A DNA stretch of 64,000 bases from Candidatus Gastranaerophilales bacterium (GCA_944324365.1 CALUWA010000006.1:1113-65112), one strand, 5' to 3'. Numbered from the stretch's first letter, positions 8,594-17,508 are shown. Numbers and translations: made by a program. The notes: generated from the letters alone by a model not told the origin.

Positions 8594-9520
8594 ATGAAAT
8601 ATGCTGTCAAATATTTAAAAAATACATTTCATCCTATTACCGTGCCTGATAATATTAAGGTTGAAGAGGGGCAGATGGTTCTTGTAAGAACCGAAAAAGG
8701 AGAAGAGGCTTTAAAAGTTGAGCTTGTAAATTCAAAAGTTGCGGAGCAATGGGCTATGACAAAGGCTGAGCCGCAGGCTTTTCCCGTAATTCGTGTAATG
8801 AACCAGCATGATCTTCAGGTGCTGGAAGATATAAAAAAAGAAGAAGTGGAATCTTTTTTTAAATGTCAGGCGCTTATTGCACAGCATAAACTTGTTATGA
8901 ATCTTGTTCAGTGCAGGATTACTTTTGACAGACGTAAAATTACGTTTTATTATACAGCACCTGAAAGAGTTGATTTCAGAGCACTGCTGAAAGATTTGAC
9001 GCAGGTATTTACACGAGTACGAATTGATTTGAGGCATATAGGAGTGCGTGATGAAACCTCGATACTTGACGGGGTTGGTATTTGCGGCAGACCGTTCTGC
9101 TGTTCTTCGTGTTTGAGAAAGTTTGCCACTATTAACGTTAAGTTAGCAAAAGATCAAGGGATGCCGATTGCTCCCGGTAAGATTTCCGGAACTTGCGGCA
9201 GGTTGTTGTGCTGTCTTACTTATGAATACGCAAATTACATTGATGCTGCAAAAGGTATGCCTCCTATAGGTTCTTCTGTAATGACATCGGAAGGTTTAGG
9301 AAAGGTTTGCTATCTGCAATTCTTAAGTGGTACCGTTGCGGTTAAGATGGAGGACGGAAAAATCAAAGAATTTCCTAAATCCGATATCGAAATGGTTGAT
9401 GCGGATGTTAATGTTGATATTGATATTCCGGCGATTAATGACGCATACGCTGATGATTCAAGCGATATTGATATCAAACAGCTTGAAGATGATAAGAACA
9501 GCTCTACCGGGAATGTGTAA
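8594..9520 (+). CDS. ricT: PSP1-domain protein (YaaT/RicT-like)
   Basis: Cys-rich PSP1 core (GICGRPFCCSSCL ... GTCGRLLCCLTYE). Confidence 0.8.
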   Translation: MKYAVKYLKNTFHPITVPDNIKVEEGQMVLVRTEKGEEALKVELVNSKVAEQWAMTKAEPQAFPVIRVMNQHDLQVLEDIKKEEVESFFKCQALIAQHKLVMNLVQCRITFDRRKITFYYTAPERVDFRALLKDLTQVFTRVRIDLRHIGVRDETSILDGVGICGRPFCCSSCLRKFATINVKLAKDQGMPIAPGKISGTCGRLLCCLTYEYANYIDAAKGMPPIGSSVMTSEGLGKVCYLQFLSGTVAVKMEDGKIKEFPKSDIEMVDADVNVDIDIPAINDAYADDSSDIDIKQLEDDKNSSTGNV

Positions 9521-9685
9521 TTACACATCTTCCGGAATATAGAATTCCGCATTGTTTAAAAGTTCCCGAATGTGCTCGTAGCAGCAGGCATTGTGCGTTA
9601 TCTGCTGGTATTCTCTTACAATGTTTAATACATCATCAACCGACATTTTGATAATTCTGCGCTGACCTTCTATTATTCTAGCCAT
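9521..9685 (-). CDS. small hypothetical protein (54 aa)
   Basis: Best start is ATG 9685 preceded by GAAAGGAAG. The stop abuts the ricT stop (convergent, no spacer). No family recognised. Confidence 0.45.
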   Translation of the reverse strand: MARIIEGQRRIIKMSVDDVLNIVREYQQITHNACCYEHIRELLNNAEFYIPEDV

Positions 9686-9859
9686 ATATACTTCCTTTCT
9701 GTTCAAAAATTTTAACGGCAGAAAATTCAAGAAGCTTTTGCAAAATCAAATATACGGTTTAGAAATTTCTTTTGTGATAATAATGCTAATTTTAAACAAT
9801 TGACGCGTGTTTTAGTATATGGTATAATAACCTTTGTAAGAGAGATAGGAGTTTTAATT

Positions 9860-10285
9860 ATGGCTTTGTGGCAAATTTTTTCAATAATTGCTGTTATTGC
9901 AGTGATATTGGAAATTATTATTCCGTCCGCATTTTTTCTTAATTTCGCGGTTGCGGGTATTTTGACGGCTTTGTTGTCGTTGTTTGTAAACAGCTGGAAT
10001 GCGTTAATTATAGATTTTATTATCTTGTCTTTGCTTTCAATTTGGCTTATTCGTCCTCTGTTATTAAGGCATCGGGATACTAAGGATAATCAAACCGGAC
10101 TTGACGGAAAATATATAGGAAAAACCGCTAAGGTTACGGAAACTGTTACTAAGAATTCAGGTGCGGTCACTATTTATGATGAGAGATGGGATGCAAGGAT
10201 TCAGGATGGCGAAGATATTCCTGCCGGAAGTGAAGTTAGAATTGTAAGAAATGACAGTTTGATTTTATATGTAGAGAGAATTTAA
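9860..10285 (+). CDS. NfeD-family membrane protein (SPFH partner)
   Basis: ATG 9860 after GATAGGAG. Hydrophobic N-terminal half plus a C-terminal OB-like NfeD domain (GKTAKVTETV...RWDARIQDGEDIPAGSEVRIV). Immediately upstream of an SPFH gene, as is typical. Confidence 0.8.
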   Translation: MALWQIFSIIAVIAVILEIIIPSAFFLNFAVAGILTALLSLFVNSWNALIIDFIILSLLSIWLIRPLLLRHRDTKDNQTGLDGKYIGKTAKVTETVTKNSGAVTIYDERWDARIQDGEDIPAGSEVRIVRNDSLILYVERI

Positions 10286-10297
10286 AAGAAAGGATAA

Positions 10298-11278
10298 TTG
10301 GTGTTTATGCTGATTTTAATTTTATTGATTGCGGTCGTAATTTATGTATTTAAGGGTATAATCATTGTTCAGCAGCAGCAGGAAGTGATTATTGAGCGTA
10401 TGGGACGTTATGAAAGAACACTTACTGCAGGGCTGAATTTCATTTTTCCTATTTTGGAAGCACCGCGTGGTATTTTGACAAAGGTTAGCCAAAGAGGTTT
10501 TGACGGGCAGACATATTATTTGTTAAAACAGGCAGATAGGATTGATAAACGTGAGCAGATGTATGATTTTCCTCGTCAGAATGTAATTACGGAAGATAAC
10601 GTTTCGATTACTATTAATGCGTTAATTTATTTCCAAATTATTGACTCAAAAAGTGCGGTATATGAGATCGCGAATTTGCCGGAAGCTATTGAAAAGCTTA
10701 CCCAGACAAATTTAAGAAACCTTGTAGGTCAAATGGATTTGCAAAAAACATTGACTTCCCGTAATACGATTAATACGGAACTTCGCACAATTCTTGATGA
10801 AGCAACAAACAAATGGGGTGTAAAAGTTAACCGTGTAGAAATTCAAGATATTTTCCCTCCTGCTGATATCCAAGCTTCAATGGATAAATTGATGAAAGCA
10901 GACAGAGAAAAAACCGCAACAATTACGGAAGCTGAAGGTTTGAAAGAAGCCGCAATAAGAAAAGCAGAAGGTGAAAAAGAAGCTGCTATTCGTTCTGCAG
11001 AAGGCGAAAAGCAGGCAGAAATTCTGCGAGCCGAAGGTGTTGCTCAAGCTCGTATTATTGAAGCCGAAGCGGAAAAAGAAGCTATTAATAAAATTATTGA
11101 GGCTTTTGCGGATAAAGGACAGCCTGATAAATACCTGATTGCAATGAAATATCTCGAAACTCTTGGTGATATCTCAAAAGGCCAGAATAACAAAGTTGTT
11201 TATATGCCTTACGAAGCGTCAGGAATTCTGGCTTCAGTTGATGGTATCAAGCAAATGTTTGATAAACCGGCAAAATAA
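10298..11278 (+). CDS. SPFH/band-7 (stomatin-like) protein
   Basis: N-terminal TM segment, SPFH core (IIVQQQQEVIIERMGRY...DNVSITINALIYFQI...) and a C-terminal AEGEKEAAIR coiled-coil repeat region. The start could instead be ATG 10307. Confidence 0.88.
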   Translation: MVFMLILILLIAVVIYVFKGIIIVQQQQEVIIERMGRYERTLTAGLNFIFPILEAPRGILTKVSQRGFDGQTYYLLKQADRIDKREQMYDFPRQNVITEDNVSITINALIYFQIIDSKSAVYEIANLPEAIEKLTQTNLRNLVGQMDLQKTLTSRNTINTELRTILDEATNKWGVKVNRVEIQDIFPPADIQASMDKLMKADREKTATITEAEGLKEAAIRKAEGEKEAAIRSAEGEKQAEILRAEGVAQARIIEAEAEKEAINKIIEAFADKGQPDKYLIAMKYLETLGDISKGQNNKVVYMPYEASGILASVDGIKQMFDKPAK

Positions 11279-11304
11279 ACAAATAAATAATATCATATCC
11301 AAAA

Positions 11305-11338
11305 ACAAGCGGGATTTATATATTTCCCGCTTGTTTTG
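11305..11338. terminator. bidirectional rho-independent terminator
   Basis: ACAAGCGGGA-loop-TCCCGCTTGT hairpin plus T run, between the SPFH gene (+) and pilin-like B (-). Confidence 0.6.
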
Positions 11339-11353
11339 TCTTTATTTCTTCTG

Positions 11354-12172
11354 CTAATGATTGCAGGTTCCATTATACTCCCAAGCTCCATAACCAGATG
11401 AGACCCACCATCCCCCGGCATTGACACAGGACTCATAATCCGTACAAAACTGCGGGGTTTCAGCAGAGCATTCCTGAACATCCGCGAGTTCCTCAGAAAT
11501 ATCGTAAAGCTGTCCTCCTTCGCCTGCGAACCTGAATTTAAGAAGGTCTTTGGTCGCAATGTTAGGGTTATTTTTTCCGTTAACATCGACAACAACATCG
11601 AAGGACGAGAAGGTATCATCTGGAATAACGCCGAAAATCATGCCGTCACCTGTTGTGAACATATAGAGCACATCATCCCAATTAAACGGCGACGGAGAGG
11701 CTTTGCCTTCGACGGCGTACGAGTCCGGGAGTCTTTCAGGCTGGAGCCCGTTAACAGAGTCGTTGATAACATTAAATGCATCTTTGTGTTCCTTAGAAAC
11801 GCAGTCTTTGTCTTCCATTTCGTTACACTTAGCCAAGAAAGGAAGATTAGCAACGTTAAAGATTTCGTAGTGCGCCATCATTAATTTATATCCGTTAGCG
11901 ACAATATTTTTGGCTTTTTTAGCCTGAGCCTCGAGAATAAGCTCCTGGACTTTGGTTTGGAGCATAGGCATGGTAAGTGCAGCGACAACACCAATAACGC
12001 CGAGAGTAATCAAAACTTCGGCTAAAGTGAATGCAGTCACATTGTTACGAGGAGCGGCCCCGAAGATATCTTCATACGCAATGTTATCGGATACAGGGTG
12101 AAAACGCTTGCCTAGCTTATGATTAAGTCCCCCCCCCCCCCCGGAGAAATCAGCTATAATTGAGTTTTTCAT
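11354..12172 (-). CDS. type IV pilin-like protein B, G-tract in frame (ON)
   Basis: SD AAAGGAGGA then ATG 12172. Leader is MKNSIIADFS-GGGGG-LNHKLGKRFHPVSDNIAYEDIFGAAPRNNVTA (47 aa), followed by |FTLAEVLITLGVIGVVAALTMP (F codon 12031-12029). Mature domain contains VDVNGKNNPNIATKDLL, related to the DxN(C/G)xxxPNxxG(R/K)D motif of A, C and E. Confidence 0.8.
   Translation of the reverse strand: MKNSIIADFSGGGGGLNHKLGKRFHPVSDNIAYEDIFGAAPRNNVTAFTLAEVLITLGVIGVVAALTMPMLQTKVQELILEAQAKKAKNIVANGYKLMMAHYEIFNVANLPFLAKCNEMEDKDCVSKEHKDAFNVINDSVNGLQPERLPDSYAVEGKASPSPFNWDDVLYMFTTGDGMIFGVIPDDTFSSFDVVVDVNGKNNPNIATKDLLKFRFAGEGGQLYDISEELADVQECSAETPQFCTDYESCVNAGGWWVSSGYGAWEYNGTCNH
12129..12142 (-). repeat. homopolymeric G14 tract inside the leader codons of pilin-like B
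   Basis: 14 consecutive C on the plus strand, translated as GGGGG. The length keeps the upstream ATG in frame with the pilin domain. Confidence 0.95.
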
Positions 12173-12248
12173 AAGTCCTCCTTTGAGAATTACAGTATAC
12201 ATTATAATTTTAACATATTTTAAAAATTTTTCAAGATTGCTTTTAAGT

Positions 12249-12656
12249 TCAGTGTTTTACAGAACAGTCTTTGCATTCTCCGTAAAGTTCAAACTTATGA
12301 CCGGTGATATTAAAGCCTGTTTCATCTGCCAATTTATTTTCCAATTCTTCCAGCGGGCAGCAGTCTATCGGAATCATTTTATGGCATTTTGTACAAATCA
12401 TATAATGCTTATGGGTTTCACGTACAAGTTCATATCTGGCTCTGTTATCATTCAGTGTTGTAGCTTTATTTACAATACCGAGAGTTACAAGTTTTTCAAT
12501 AATTCTGTATATTGTGGACAGCGAAATTTTTGGGATTTCTTCTTTTGCCATATTATAAATTTCTTCTGTCGTTATTGGACAATTCTGATGTTCAAGAATT
12601 TGCAATACCTTATCTCTGTTTTTTGACGCTCTGCAACCTTCTAATTTCTGCCGCAT
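12249..12656 (-). CDS. Fur-family metalloregulator (Fur/Zur/PerR type not resolvable)
   Basis: Winged-helix N-terminus, HKHY motif and two CxxC pairs (CTKC..., CKDC). ATG 12656 preceded by GAAAGGG is preferred over the track's GTG 12671. Confidence 0.85.
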   Translation of the reverse strand: MRQKLEGCRASKNRDKVLQILEHQNCPITTEEIYNMAKEEIPKISLSTIYRIIEKLVTLGIVNKATTLNDNRARYELVRETHKHYMICTKCHKMIPIDCCPLEELENKLADETGFNITGHKFELYGECKDCSVKH

Positions 12657-12752
12657 AATTAACCCTTTCACGATTATTTTAACATAATTTTTAAAAAATA
12701 TAGCAAAATAACTTGATTATTTTTATTTAAGTTGTCTAATTATAAATGCAAA

Positions 12753-12767
12753 TGCAAATCATTTGCA
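12753..12767. promoter_or_regulatory. perfect 7-1-7 palindrome, candidate auto-operator of the Fur-family gene
   Basis: TGCAAAT-C-ATTTGCA, embedded in AAATGCAAATGCAAATCATTTGCAATAAT about 100 nt upstream of the regulator's start. Confidence 0.5.
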
Positions 12768-12835
12768 ATAATAAAAATTGGAGATAAAATTATGCCGATT
12801 CCGAAAATAAGTTCAATAAAAGCAGGTGCTTATGC

Positions 12836-13525
12836 ACAGAGGATAACGTATCTATCACAATTAATGCTTTAATATATTTTCAGATAATTGATTCAAAAAG
12901 TGCGGTTTATGAGATTGCTAATTTGCCGGAAGCCATTGAAAAACTTACACAGACAAACTTAAGAAACCTTGTTGGTCAGATGGATTTGCAAAAGACACTG
13001 ACTTCACGTAACACAATTAATACGGAACTTCGTACAATCCTTGATGAAGCTACAAACAAATGGGGCGTAAAAGTCAACCGTGTAGAAATTCAAGATATTT
13101 TCCCTCCTGCTGATATCCAAGCTTCAATGGATAAATTGATGAAAGCAGACAGAGAAAAAACCGCAACAATTACGGAAGCTGAAGGTTTGAAAGAAGCCGC
13201 AATAAGAAAAGCAGAAGGTGAAAAAGAAGCTGCTATTCGTTCTGCAGAAGGCGAAAAGCAGGCTGAAATCTTAAGAGCGGAAGGTGTAGCGCAAGCTCGT
13301 ATTATCGAAGCTGAGGCAGAAAAAGAAGCTATTAACAGAATAATTGAAGCTTTCGCTGATAAAGGCCAGCCGGACAAATATTTGATTGCAATGAAATACC
13401 TTGAAACACTTGGTGATATTTCAAAGGGTCAAAATAACAAAGTTGTTTATATGCCGTATGAAGCATCCGGAATTTTGGCATCTGTCGACGGTATTAAGCA
13501 GATGTTTGATAAACCTGCAAAGTAG
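12836..13525 (+). pseudogene. 5'-truncated duplicate of the SPFH gene (last 229 codons)
   Basis: Collinear with 10589-11278 (offset 2247). The encoded peptide is identical except K->R. It lacks the N-terminal ~97 codons, TM segment, SD and ATG. Upstream it joins out of frame to a 26-codon ORF starting ATG 12792. Confidence 0.75.
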
Positions 13526-13550
13526 GTTGATAGTATTTATAAGTAAAGAT

Positions 13551-13581
13551 CGGGGTGCACTTATAGGTGCATCCCGTTTTT
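13551..13581 (+). terminator. rho-independent terminator
   Basis: CGGGGTGCAC-TTATAG-GTGCATCCCG followed by TTTTT. Confidence 0.6.
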
Positions 13582-13630
13582 TACATACAAGTTGCTTGAT
13601 AAATATAAAAAAAATGTTATAATAATTCCT

Positions 13631-14230
13631 ATGAGAAGGATTTTATTTACTTTAACTTTAGGGTTGGGCATATTTTTCCACGGAGCTTCGTATGCAGAAG
13701 AGCTGATTGTTCCTGTGCAAATTGATATAAGGTCGTATGACGGAGTTGAAGTTCCGGCAGGGACTTTTATTCCGGTTGCAAGTGCGCAGGAAATTTCAAC
13801 CCAGTATTGCCAGGATGGTTATAAAGTTCGTTTCACTTCAACAAATGACCTTTATATGCATGAAACAAATATTATACCTATTAATACCGCATTTTTAGGC
13901 TATGTGGAAGAAGTTCACGATCCTGTTGTCGGGACAAATGCTTCGATGAAGGTTAAAATCACGAAAATGGTATTGCCTGATGGTTTTGAAATTCCTGTTC
14001 AGGGTTACATTTATACTTCTAATAATAATATGATTGGCGGTGAAATGTCAGCTCCTGCCGAATGGATTAAAATGCCGCATTACCAGGGTAATATCGGTAT
14101 AAATACCACTTTACAGGTTAGACCCGGCCGGACAAGAAAAATGGGAAGTCATGCCGTTATCACATCAGGGGAAGACAGAATTATAATTTTGACGGATCCT
14201 GTGACTGTGACCCATACTTTAACAAATTGA
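13631..14230 (+). CDS. secreted protein with VirB10/TrbI-like barrel signature (paralog family member 1)
   Basis: Signal peptide MRRILFTLTLGLGIFFHGASYA. Core VPAGTFIPVASAQEIST...GYKVRF...IIPINTAFLGYV...MKVKITKMVLPDGFEIPVQG. Confidence 0.6.
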   Translation: MRRILFTLTLGLGIFFHGASYAEELIVPVQIDIRSYDGVEVPAGTFIPVASAQEISTQYCQDGYKVRFTSTNDLYMHETNIIPINTAFLGYVEEVHDPVVGTNASMKVKITKMVLPDGFEIPVQGYIYTSNNNMIGGEMSAPAEWIKMPHYQGNIGINTTLQVRPGRTRKMGSHAVITSGEDRIIILTDPVTVTHTLTN

Positions 14231-14309
14231 CAAATATTCTATATTTATTAAAATATTGTTATTGATGTGTACTATCAGATATGGGTATTTTATCAGAAAG
14301 GGAAGCTTT

Positions 14310-15053
14310 ATGAGCAAAAAATTATTTATATCACTTGCTGTTTTAATGCTTAGTGCTGGAATTTCTTATTCCGCAGAAAATTATAACTATAGTCAAAATG
14401 CAGTAACTCCGGCATATCAGCCTGCAAATTATAACGGGCTGAACCAGTATGCAAACGGAACTTTAAAGGGGAGTGTTATAACCGTTCCGGCAGGTCAAAG
14501 TTTTCCTGCGGTGGTTACTGTTCCGCTGAATTCCGCTAATTTAACTCTTGGACAAAATGTAACATTGGCATTGGGTTCGGATTTTTATTATAATAATAAT
14601 TTAATTGCTCCTGCAGGAAGTTCTATTACCGGAAGTGTATTGGAAGTTTCCAAAGCGAAGCGCGGTAGCATGAACGGAAAATTGTTGATAAGATTTACCC
14701 AGATTGTGACTCCTTATGGAATACAAATTCCTATTTCTGCTGTAATTAAGACCAGTGATAATACGGGAGTACTTATTGGCGGAACTAAAATGGATGTTAC
14801 AAAAGAATATACAAAGGATTTAACGGTAGGTTCCGCTGCCGGAGCTGTGTCAGGTGTTGTATTTGGCGCACTTGCCGGCGGTGATATCGGCAGAGGTGCA
14901 GCACTCGGAACTGCTGTCGGTGCCGGAGGCGGATTGGTTAAATCTCTATGGGATAAAGGAAACGATGTTGATATCCCTGTAAATTCACAGGTTGAAATTA
15001 CCTTAACCCAGCCGATTACTGTAAACCCGGCAATATATAATTCTAATTATTAG
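14310..15053 (+). CDS. secreted protein with VirB10/TrbI-like signature and C-terminal glycine-zipper (paralog 2)
   Basis: ATG 14310 after GGGAAG, with a signal peptide. Core VPAGQSFPAVVTVPLNSANLTLGQNVTLAL...IAPAGSSITGSV...LLIRFTQIVTPYGIQIPISA, then GSAAGAVSGVVFGALAGGDIGRGAALGTAVGAGGG. Confidence 0.6.
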   Translation: MSKKLFISLAVLMLSAGISYSAENYNYSQNAVTPAYQPANYNGLNQYANGTLKGSVITVPAGQSFPAVVTVPLNSANLTLGQNVTLALGSDFYYNNNLIAPAGSSITGSVLEVSKAKRGSMNGKLLIRFTQIVTPYGIQIPISAVIKTSDNTGVLIGGTKMDVTKEYTKDLTVGSAAGAVSGVVFGALAGGDIGRGAALGTAVGAGGGLVKSLWDKGNDVDIPVNSQVEITLTQPITVNPAIYNSNY

Positions 15054-15136
15054 TAATTAGGGTAATAATTTTATTTTTGATTTAGAATAGAATTATAACG
15101 GAAATTGATTAGGGGAAATTTTAATAAGGAAAAACA

Positions 15137-16342
15137 ATGTCAATCTTAGGTAAATACATAGATAACGTAGAAGAGAGAGAACTAGATGATAATAAAGGGT
15201 ATACATTGCCAGCTGTTATGCGTGAGGACCGTGACAGTATTTCAATGGAAAAAGCCTTTGTATTATCAGTTGTTTTGCATATTGTATTTATTATAGCGGC
15301 AGTTAGTCTTTCGTTTTTGTTGACATGGCTCGGAATTATTATTCCGATTTCAAAAAGACCTCAGCCAAAACTTAATGATATTGAATTTGTCTTGGTTGAA
15401 AAAGAAGATACTCCTATAAATAAAAACACTCCATACAGAGCACATATAAATTCACGTGCCGGAGGGCACCACGATCCGAAACAAAAAGTTTCGCTTCCTT
15501 CACCAAGTCCTTCGACTCCGTCTAAGCCGCAGGCAGCTTCTGCTCCTGCCGCACCAAAAAAATCACCAACTCCGGCTCAAAAGCCTAAGACTACAGCAAA
15601 GCCGAAGGCTCAGCAGTCGATATTTGATAAAATTACAAAACCTGTTCAGAAACCAGTTGAAAAGCCTGCACCTGCGCCAAAGGCGCCGCAGGTTGCCAAG
15701 CCGAATCCTCCAACTGCAAGACCTTCGGTTAAGCCTCCAATGACACCAAAAACTGTTCAAAAACCATCATCTGCGTTTAAAGTGCCGGTTCCTTCAGGCG
15801 GAACAAAAAGCGGTACTTATGCTACAGGCCCTGTAAGCGGTTCGGGAACTGCAAACAAGGGAGGTTCTACAGGCGGCTCTTCAACAGGTTCGGGTAAATT
15901 TACACCGGCTCCGGCTTTGGCTCCTACAGGCAATAGTGCCGGCGGAAGCGGAACTAAGCTTGGGCATGGCGGCGGCGGTTCCGGAGGCTCAGGAAATCCC
16001 GGCCCGGGTAATCCTAATGGCAGACCGGGTATTGATGCAATAAGAGAACCGGATTTCGGACCTTATATGAGAGATTTACAGCGCAGAATTAAACAAAACT
16101 GGAACCCTCCTAAAGGAAATGAAAGTAAACGTGTAGTTTTATTGTTCAAGATTGCAAAAGACGGCAGACTGCTTTCATGTTCGGTATTCAAGTCTTCCGG
16201 ATTGCCAAACGCGGATAAGGCAGCTTTGGATGCAGTTAAATTAACCGCTCCGTTTAAACCGCTCCCGGTTGAATATAAGGGCGCAAGTATAGATATCCAG
16301 TTTACGTTTGACTATAACGTATTTGGCGCTACAGGTTACTAA
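15137..16342 (+). CDS. TonB-family energy transducer
   Basis: N-terminal TM anchor, long Pro/Ala/Lys-rich and Gly/Ser-rich spacer, and a C-terminal TonB_C-like domain (RIKQNWNPP...VVLLFKIAKDGRLLSCSVFKSSGLPNADKAALDAV). Confidence 0.8.
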   Translation: MSILGKYIDNVEERELDDNKGYTLPAVMREDRDSISMEKAFVLSVVLHIVFIIAAVSLSFLLTWLGIIIPISKRPQPKLNDIEFVLVEKEDTPINKNTPYRAHINSRAGGHHDPKQKVSLPSPSPSTPSKPQAASAPAAPKKSPTPAQKPKTTAKPKAQQSIFDKITKPVQKPVEKPAPAPKAPQVAKPNPPTARPSVKPPMTPKTVQKPSSAFKVPVPSGGTKSGTYATGPVSGSGTANKGGSTGGSSTGSGKFTPAPALAPTGNSAGGSGTKLGHGGGGSGGSGNPGPGNPNGRPGIDAIREPDFGPYMRDLQRRIKQNWNPPKGNESKRVVLLFKIAKDGRLLSCSVFKSSGLPNADKAALDAVKLTAPFKPLPVEYKGASIDIQFTFDYNVFGATGY

Positions 16343-16378
16343 AAAATGTATTAGATTAAATAATGAGGATTAAACACT

Positions 16379-17020
16379 ATGGAACTTTTATGGAACTCAA
16401 TTAAAATGGATTGGCCGGTATTATTACCGATTCTTATCTGTGCATTGCTTGTTGTACAGGTAGTTATTCAAAGGATGTCTGTTTATAACAAAAACAGACG
16501 TGATATAAACAAGCTTATCCCGCGTGTACAAAAAAAATTAGCTGCTAATGATCTGCAAGGTGTGCAAGATATTGCTGTTCAATGTGGGGGGGTAATCGGT
16601 GAAGTTTTGGAAGAATCTGTCAGAATTTTTTCAGATCAAAGAGAAGGGTTTTCACGTTCTTTCGATATTTCGGCAATGCTTGCGACAAGAAAATTAGAAA
16701 AACATTTGACAATATTAGGTACTATAGGCGGTGTTGCTCCGTTCTTAGGTTTGTTTGGTACTGTTGTCAGAATTTTGTACACATTCCAAGATCTTGCAAC
16801 TCAGGGTAACCAGTCAGCAGCTGTTGCAATGGGTATCGGTTCTGCGTTGATTGCAACGGCTTTTGGTTTGATTGTTGCGATTGTTGCAGTTGTGTTTTTC
16901 AACTCTTTCCAGTCTGTTGTTAAACATTATGAGTATGATTTCCAATTGATAAAACTTTTGTTCTTGAGTTTTGTTGATTCGGAAGAAGCAGCATCTGCAA
17001 AATCTGCTTCAAATGTGTAG
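16379..17020 (+). CDS. exbB: MotA/TolQ/ExbB proton-channel protein
   Basis: Three-TM topology with the conserved GTIGGVAPFLGLFGTV and ALIATAFGLIVAI segments. Confidence 0.88.
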   Translation: MELLWNSIKMDWPVLLPILICALLVVQVVIQRMSVYNKNRRDINKLIPRVQKKLAANDLQGVQDIAVQCGGVIGEVLEESVRIFSDQREGFSRSFDISAMLATRKLEKHLTILGTIGGVAPFLGLFGTVVRILYTFQDLATQGNQSAAVAMGIGSALIATAFGLIVAIVAVVFFNSFQSVVKHYEYDFQLIKLLFLSFVDSEEAASAKSASNV

Positions 17021-17046
17021 TTAATTTAGAGGAATAATTTAGAACA

Positions 17047-17505
17047 ATGGCAATGAGTTCAAAACAGGGTAAACTTTTTACCGAAATAAATATAACACCT
17101 TTGACAGATATCTTTTTAGTACTGTTGATTATAATGATGGTAATTGCGCCGACCTTTCAGTCTATGGATAACTCAATCTCCATTCCTGAGATAAACAGCG
17201 GTATTGCAATAGAGCAGAAGAACGCAATAATTTCCATCACAAAGACAGGACTTATGTATGTAAATGGCAGAGAGATTAATCCGGAAACTCTTGTTGATGA
17301 GTTAACGGCACTCAGACCTACACTCGAAAAACCGGAAGTTGTTGTTAAAGCTGACGAGTCAGTAAAAAGTGCCGAAATTCTAAGAGTTATGGATGCAGCT
17401 CAGGAAGCTGAATTTAAGAAGCTTATTGTTGCGGGTGAACCGTTGAGTAAAAAAGAACAAAAAAATCTTGAAACAGAATCTCTAAAACACAAGAAGGGGG
17501 CGTAA
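17047..17505 (+). CDS. exbD: ExbD/TolR biopolymer transport protein
   Basis: EINITPLTDIFLVLLIIMMV N-terminal signature. Confidence 0.88.
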   Translation: MAMSSKQGKLFTEINITPLTDIFLVLLIIMMVIAPTFQSMDNSISIPEINSGIAIEQKNAIISITKTGLMYVNGREINPETLVDELTALRPTLEKPEVVVKADESVKSAEILRVMDAAQEAEFKKLIVAGEPLSKKEQKNLETESLKHKKGA

Positions 17506-17508
17506 ATT

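Noticed and set aside
12792-12872. 26-codon ORF (MPIPKISSIKAGAYAQRITYLSQLML) with SD at the junction of the truncated SPFH copy
   Set aside because: It runs out of frame into the duplicated SPFH sequence and stops after 12 codons of it. It is most likely the orphaned 5' end of whatever gene was disrupted when the duplicate segment recombined in. There is no evidence it is functional.
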